From NCBI GenBank assembly GCA_964016885.1, contig OZ024744.1, forward strand, positions 130,944,001 to 131,008,000: a stretch of 64,000 nt of DNA, written 5' to 3'. This DNA comes from Eledone cirrhosa. Lineage: Eukaryota. This document shows, piece by piece, positions 61,561-64,000 of this stretch. The notes below the pieces were generated by a model, which did no database searches, was not told the origin of the DNA, and saw only the letters and a program-made list of their open reading frames with translations. The position numbers were made by a program, and so were the translations under genes. How positions within the stretch are numbered: position 1 is the stretch's first letter; each line of letters begins with the position of its first letter.

Positions 61561-64000
61561 GTCGGGGTTAAGTTAAGTTGGCGTTAAGTTAAGTTAGGCT
61601 TAACTTAAGTTGGGGTTCAGTTAAGTTGGGGGTAAGTTAAGTTGGGGGTAAGTTAAGTTGGGGTTAAGTTAAGTTGCGTTTAAGTTGGGGTTAAGTTAAG
61701 TTAGGGTTAAGTTAAGTTGGGGTTAATTTAAATTGGGGTTAAGTTAACTTTGTGGTTAAGTTAAGTTGGGGTTAAGTTAAGTTGGGGTTAAGTTGGGGTT
61801 AATTTAAGTTGGGGCTAAGTTAATTTGTGGTTAAGTTAAGTTGGGGTTAAGTTAAGTTGGGGTTAAGTTAAGTTGGGGTTGAGTTAAGTTGGGGTTGAGT
61901 TAATTAGGGGTTAAATTAAGTTGGGGTTAAGTTAAGTTGGGGGTAAGTTAAGTTGGGGCTAAGTTAAGTTGGGGTTAAATTAAGTTGGGGTTACGTTAAG
62001 TTGGTGTTAAGTTAAGTTGGGGTTAATTTAAGTTGGGGTTAATTAAGTTGGGGTTAAGTTAAGTTGGGGTTAAGTTAAGTTGGGGTTTATTTAAGTTGGG
62101 GTTAAGTTAAGTTGGGGTTCAGTTAAGTTGGGGTTCAGTTAAGTTGGGGTTAATTTAAGTTGGGGTTAAGATGGGGTTAAATTAAGTTGGGGTTAAGTTA
62201 AGTTTGGGTTAAGTTAAGTTGGGGTTAAGTTAAGTTGGGGTTAAGTTAAGTCGGGGTTAAGTTAAGTCGGGGTTAAGTTAAGTTAGGGTTCAGTTAAGTT
62301 GGGGTTAAGTTAAGTTGGGGTTGAGTTAAGTTGGGGTTGAGTTAAATTGGGGTTGAGTTAAGTTGGGGTTGAGTTAAGTTGGTGTTGACTTAAGTTGGGG
62401 TTAAGTTAAGTTGGGGTTAAGTTAAGTTGCAGTTAAGTTAAGTTGAGGTTAAGTTAAGGTGCGGTTAAGTTAAGTTGGGGTTAAGTTAAGTTGGGGCTAA
62501 GTTAAGTTGGGGCTAATTTAAGTTGGGGCTAAGTTACGTTGGGGTTAGGTTAAGTTGGGGTTAAGTTAAGTCGGGGTTAAGTTAAGTTGGCGTTAAGTTA
62601 ATTTGGGGTTAATTTAAGTTGGGGTTAAGTTAAGTTGGGGTTAAGTTAAGTTGGGGTTAAGTTAAGTTGGGGTTATGTTAAGTTGGGGTTAAGTTAAGTT
62701 GGGGTTAAGTTAAGTTGGGGCTAAGTTAAGTTGGGGCTGAGTTAAGTTGGGGTTAAGTTAAGTTGGGGTTAAGTTAAGTTTGGGATAAGTTAAGTTGGGG
62801 TTAAGTTAAGTTGGGGTTTATTTAAGTTGGGGTTAATTTAAGTTGGGGTTCAGTTAAGTTGGGGTTCAGTTAAGTTGGGGTTAAGTTAAGTTGGGGTTTA
62901 TTTAAGTTGGGGTTAATTTAAGTCGGGGTTAAGTTAAGTCGGGGTTCAGTTAATATAGGGTTAAGTTAAGTTGGGGTTAAGTTAAGTTGGGGTTGTGTTA
63001 AGTTGGGGTTGAGTTAAATTGGGGTTGAGTTAAGTTGGGGTTGAGTTAAGTTGGTGTTCAGTTAAGTTGGGGTTAAGTTAAGTTGGGGTTAATTTAAGTT
63101 GCAGTTAAGTTAAGTTGAGGTTAAGTTAAGGTGGGGTTAAGTTAAGTTGGGGTTAGTTTAAGTTGGGGCTAAGCTAAGTTGGGGCTAAGTTAAGTTGGGG
63201 CTAAGTTAAGTTGGGGTTAAGTTAAGTTGGGGTATATTAAGTTGGGGTTAAGTTAAGTTGGGGTTAAGTTAAGTTGGGGTTAAGTTAAGTTGGGGCTGAG
63301 TTAAGTTGGGGCTGAGTTAAGTTGGGGCTGAGTTAAGTTGGGGTTAAGTTAAGTTGGGGTATATTAAGTTGGGGTTAAGTTAAGTTGGGGTTAAGTTAAG
63401 TTGGGGCTGAGTTAAGTTGGGGCTTAGTTAAGTTGGGGTTAAGTTAAGTTGGGGTTAAGTTAAGTTGGGGTTAAGTTAAGTTGGGGTTAAGTTAAGTTGA
63501 GGTTAAGTTAAGTTGGGGTTAAATTAAGTTGGGGTTAAGTTAAGTTGGGGTTAAGTTAAGTTGGGGTTAAGTTAAGTTGGGGATATGTTAAGTTGGGGAT
63601 GAGTTAAATTGGGGTTAAGTTAAGTTGGGTTTAAGTTAAGTTGGGGTTAAGTTAAGTTGGGGTTAAGTTAAGTTGGGGTTAAGTTAAGTTGGTTAGTTAA
63701 GTTGAGTTTAAGTTAAGTTGGGGTTAATTTAAATCGGGGTTAAGTTAAGTTAGGGTTAAGTTAAGTTGGGGTTGAGTTAAGTTGGGGTTGAGTTAAATTG
63801 GGGTTGAGTTAAGTTGGGGTTGAGTTAAGTTGGTGTTGAGTTAAGTTGGGGTTAAGTTAAGTTGGGGTTAAGTTAAGTTGTGGTTAAGTTAAGTTGAGGT
63901 TAAGTTAAGTTGGGGTTAAGTTAAGTTGGGGTTAATTTAAGTTGGGGCTAAGTTAAGTTGGGGCTAAGTTAAGTTGGGGTTAAGTTAAGTTGGGGTCAAC

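Larger units (their letters stand above)
1..64000 (+). repeat. 16-bp tandem satellite, consensus GGGGTTAAGTTAAGTT (telomere-like, G-rich strand on +)
   Basis: Monomer is read directly throughout the window. Variants are point substitutions and short deletions (11-mer GGGGTTAAGTT, 13-mer GGTTAGTTAAGTT, 15-mer GGGGTTAATTAAGTT). No unique sequence interrupts the array. Confidence 0.99.
52451..64000 (+). repeat. Higher-order repeat copy IV (B-C-D-E-F-G, runs off the window end)
   Basis: Matches about 12,660-24,240 at offsets 39,793, 39,776 and 39,760. Confidence 0.9.

Noticed and set aside
1-64000. Protein-coding ORFs or a repeat-encoded peptide
   Set aside because: Each 16-bp monomer has two TAA codons on each strand and the period shifts the frame, so all six frames close within a few dozen bases. 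The occasional ATG variants lead quickly to stops.
1-64000. Active telomerase-synthesised terminal tract
   Set aside because: Variant patterns copied over 14-40 kb and internal inversions indicate recombination or replication-based amplification, and no chromosome end is visible.

Overview
The whole 64 kb window is one non-coding tandem satellite built from a 16-bp monomer, GGGGTTAAGTTAAGTT (TTAAG-TTAAG-TTGGGG), about 4,000 monomer-equivalents, G-rich and C-free on the + strand. I see no genes, RNA genes, CRISPR arrays or mobile elements: each monomer carries two TAA codons on each strand and the 16-bp period rotates them through all frames. The array has nested structure. (1) It contains 36 short inverted cassettes (128-201 bp) of the same monomer. 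Each opens at a spacer-less palindrome, GGGGTT|AACCCC, and closes at a fixed junction, CCCAAAGTCGGG. (2) These cassettes sit in variant-marked modules, mostly 1.4-2.3 kb long. (3) The modules form a ~14-15 kb higher-order repeat (cassette order A-B-C-D-E-F-G[-H]) present about four times in two sub-haplotypes, with a ~39.8 kb long-range duplication. A forward-strand mirror image of the cassette lies just upstream of the divergent cassette at 25,116, which suggests one fold-back/template-switch origin followed by amplification. The host organism and any function cannot be determined from the sequence. All coordinates were counted by hand.
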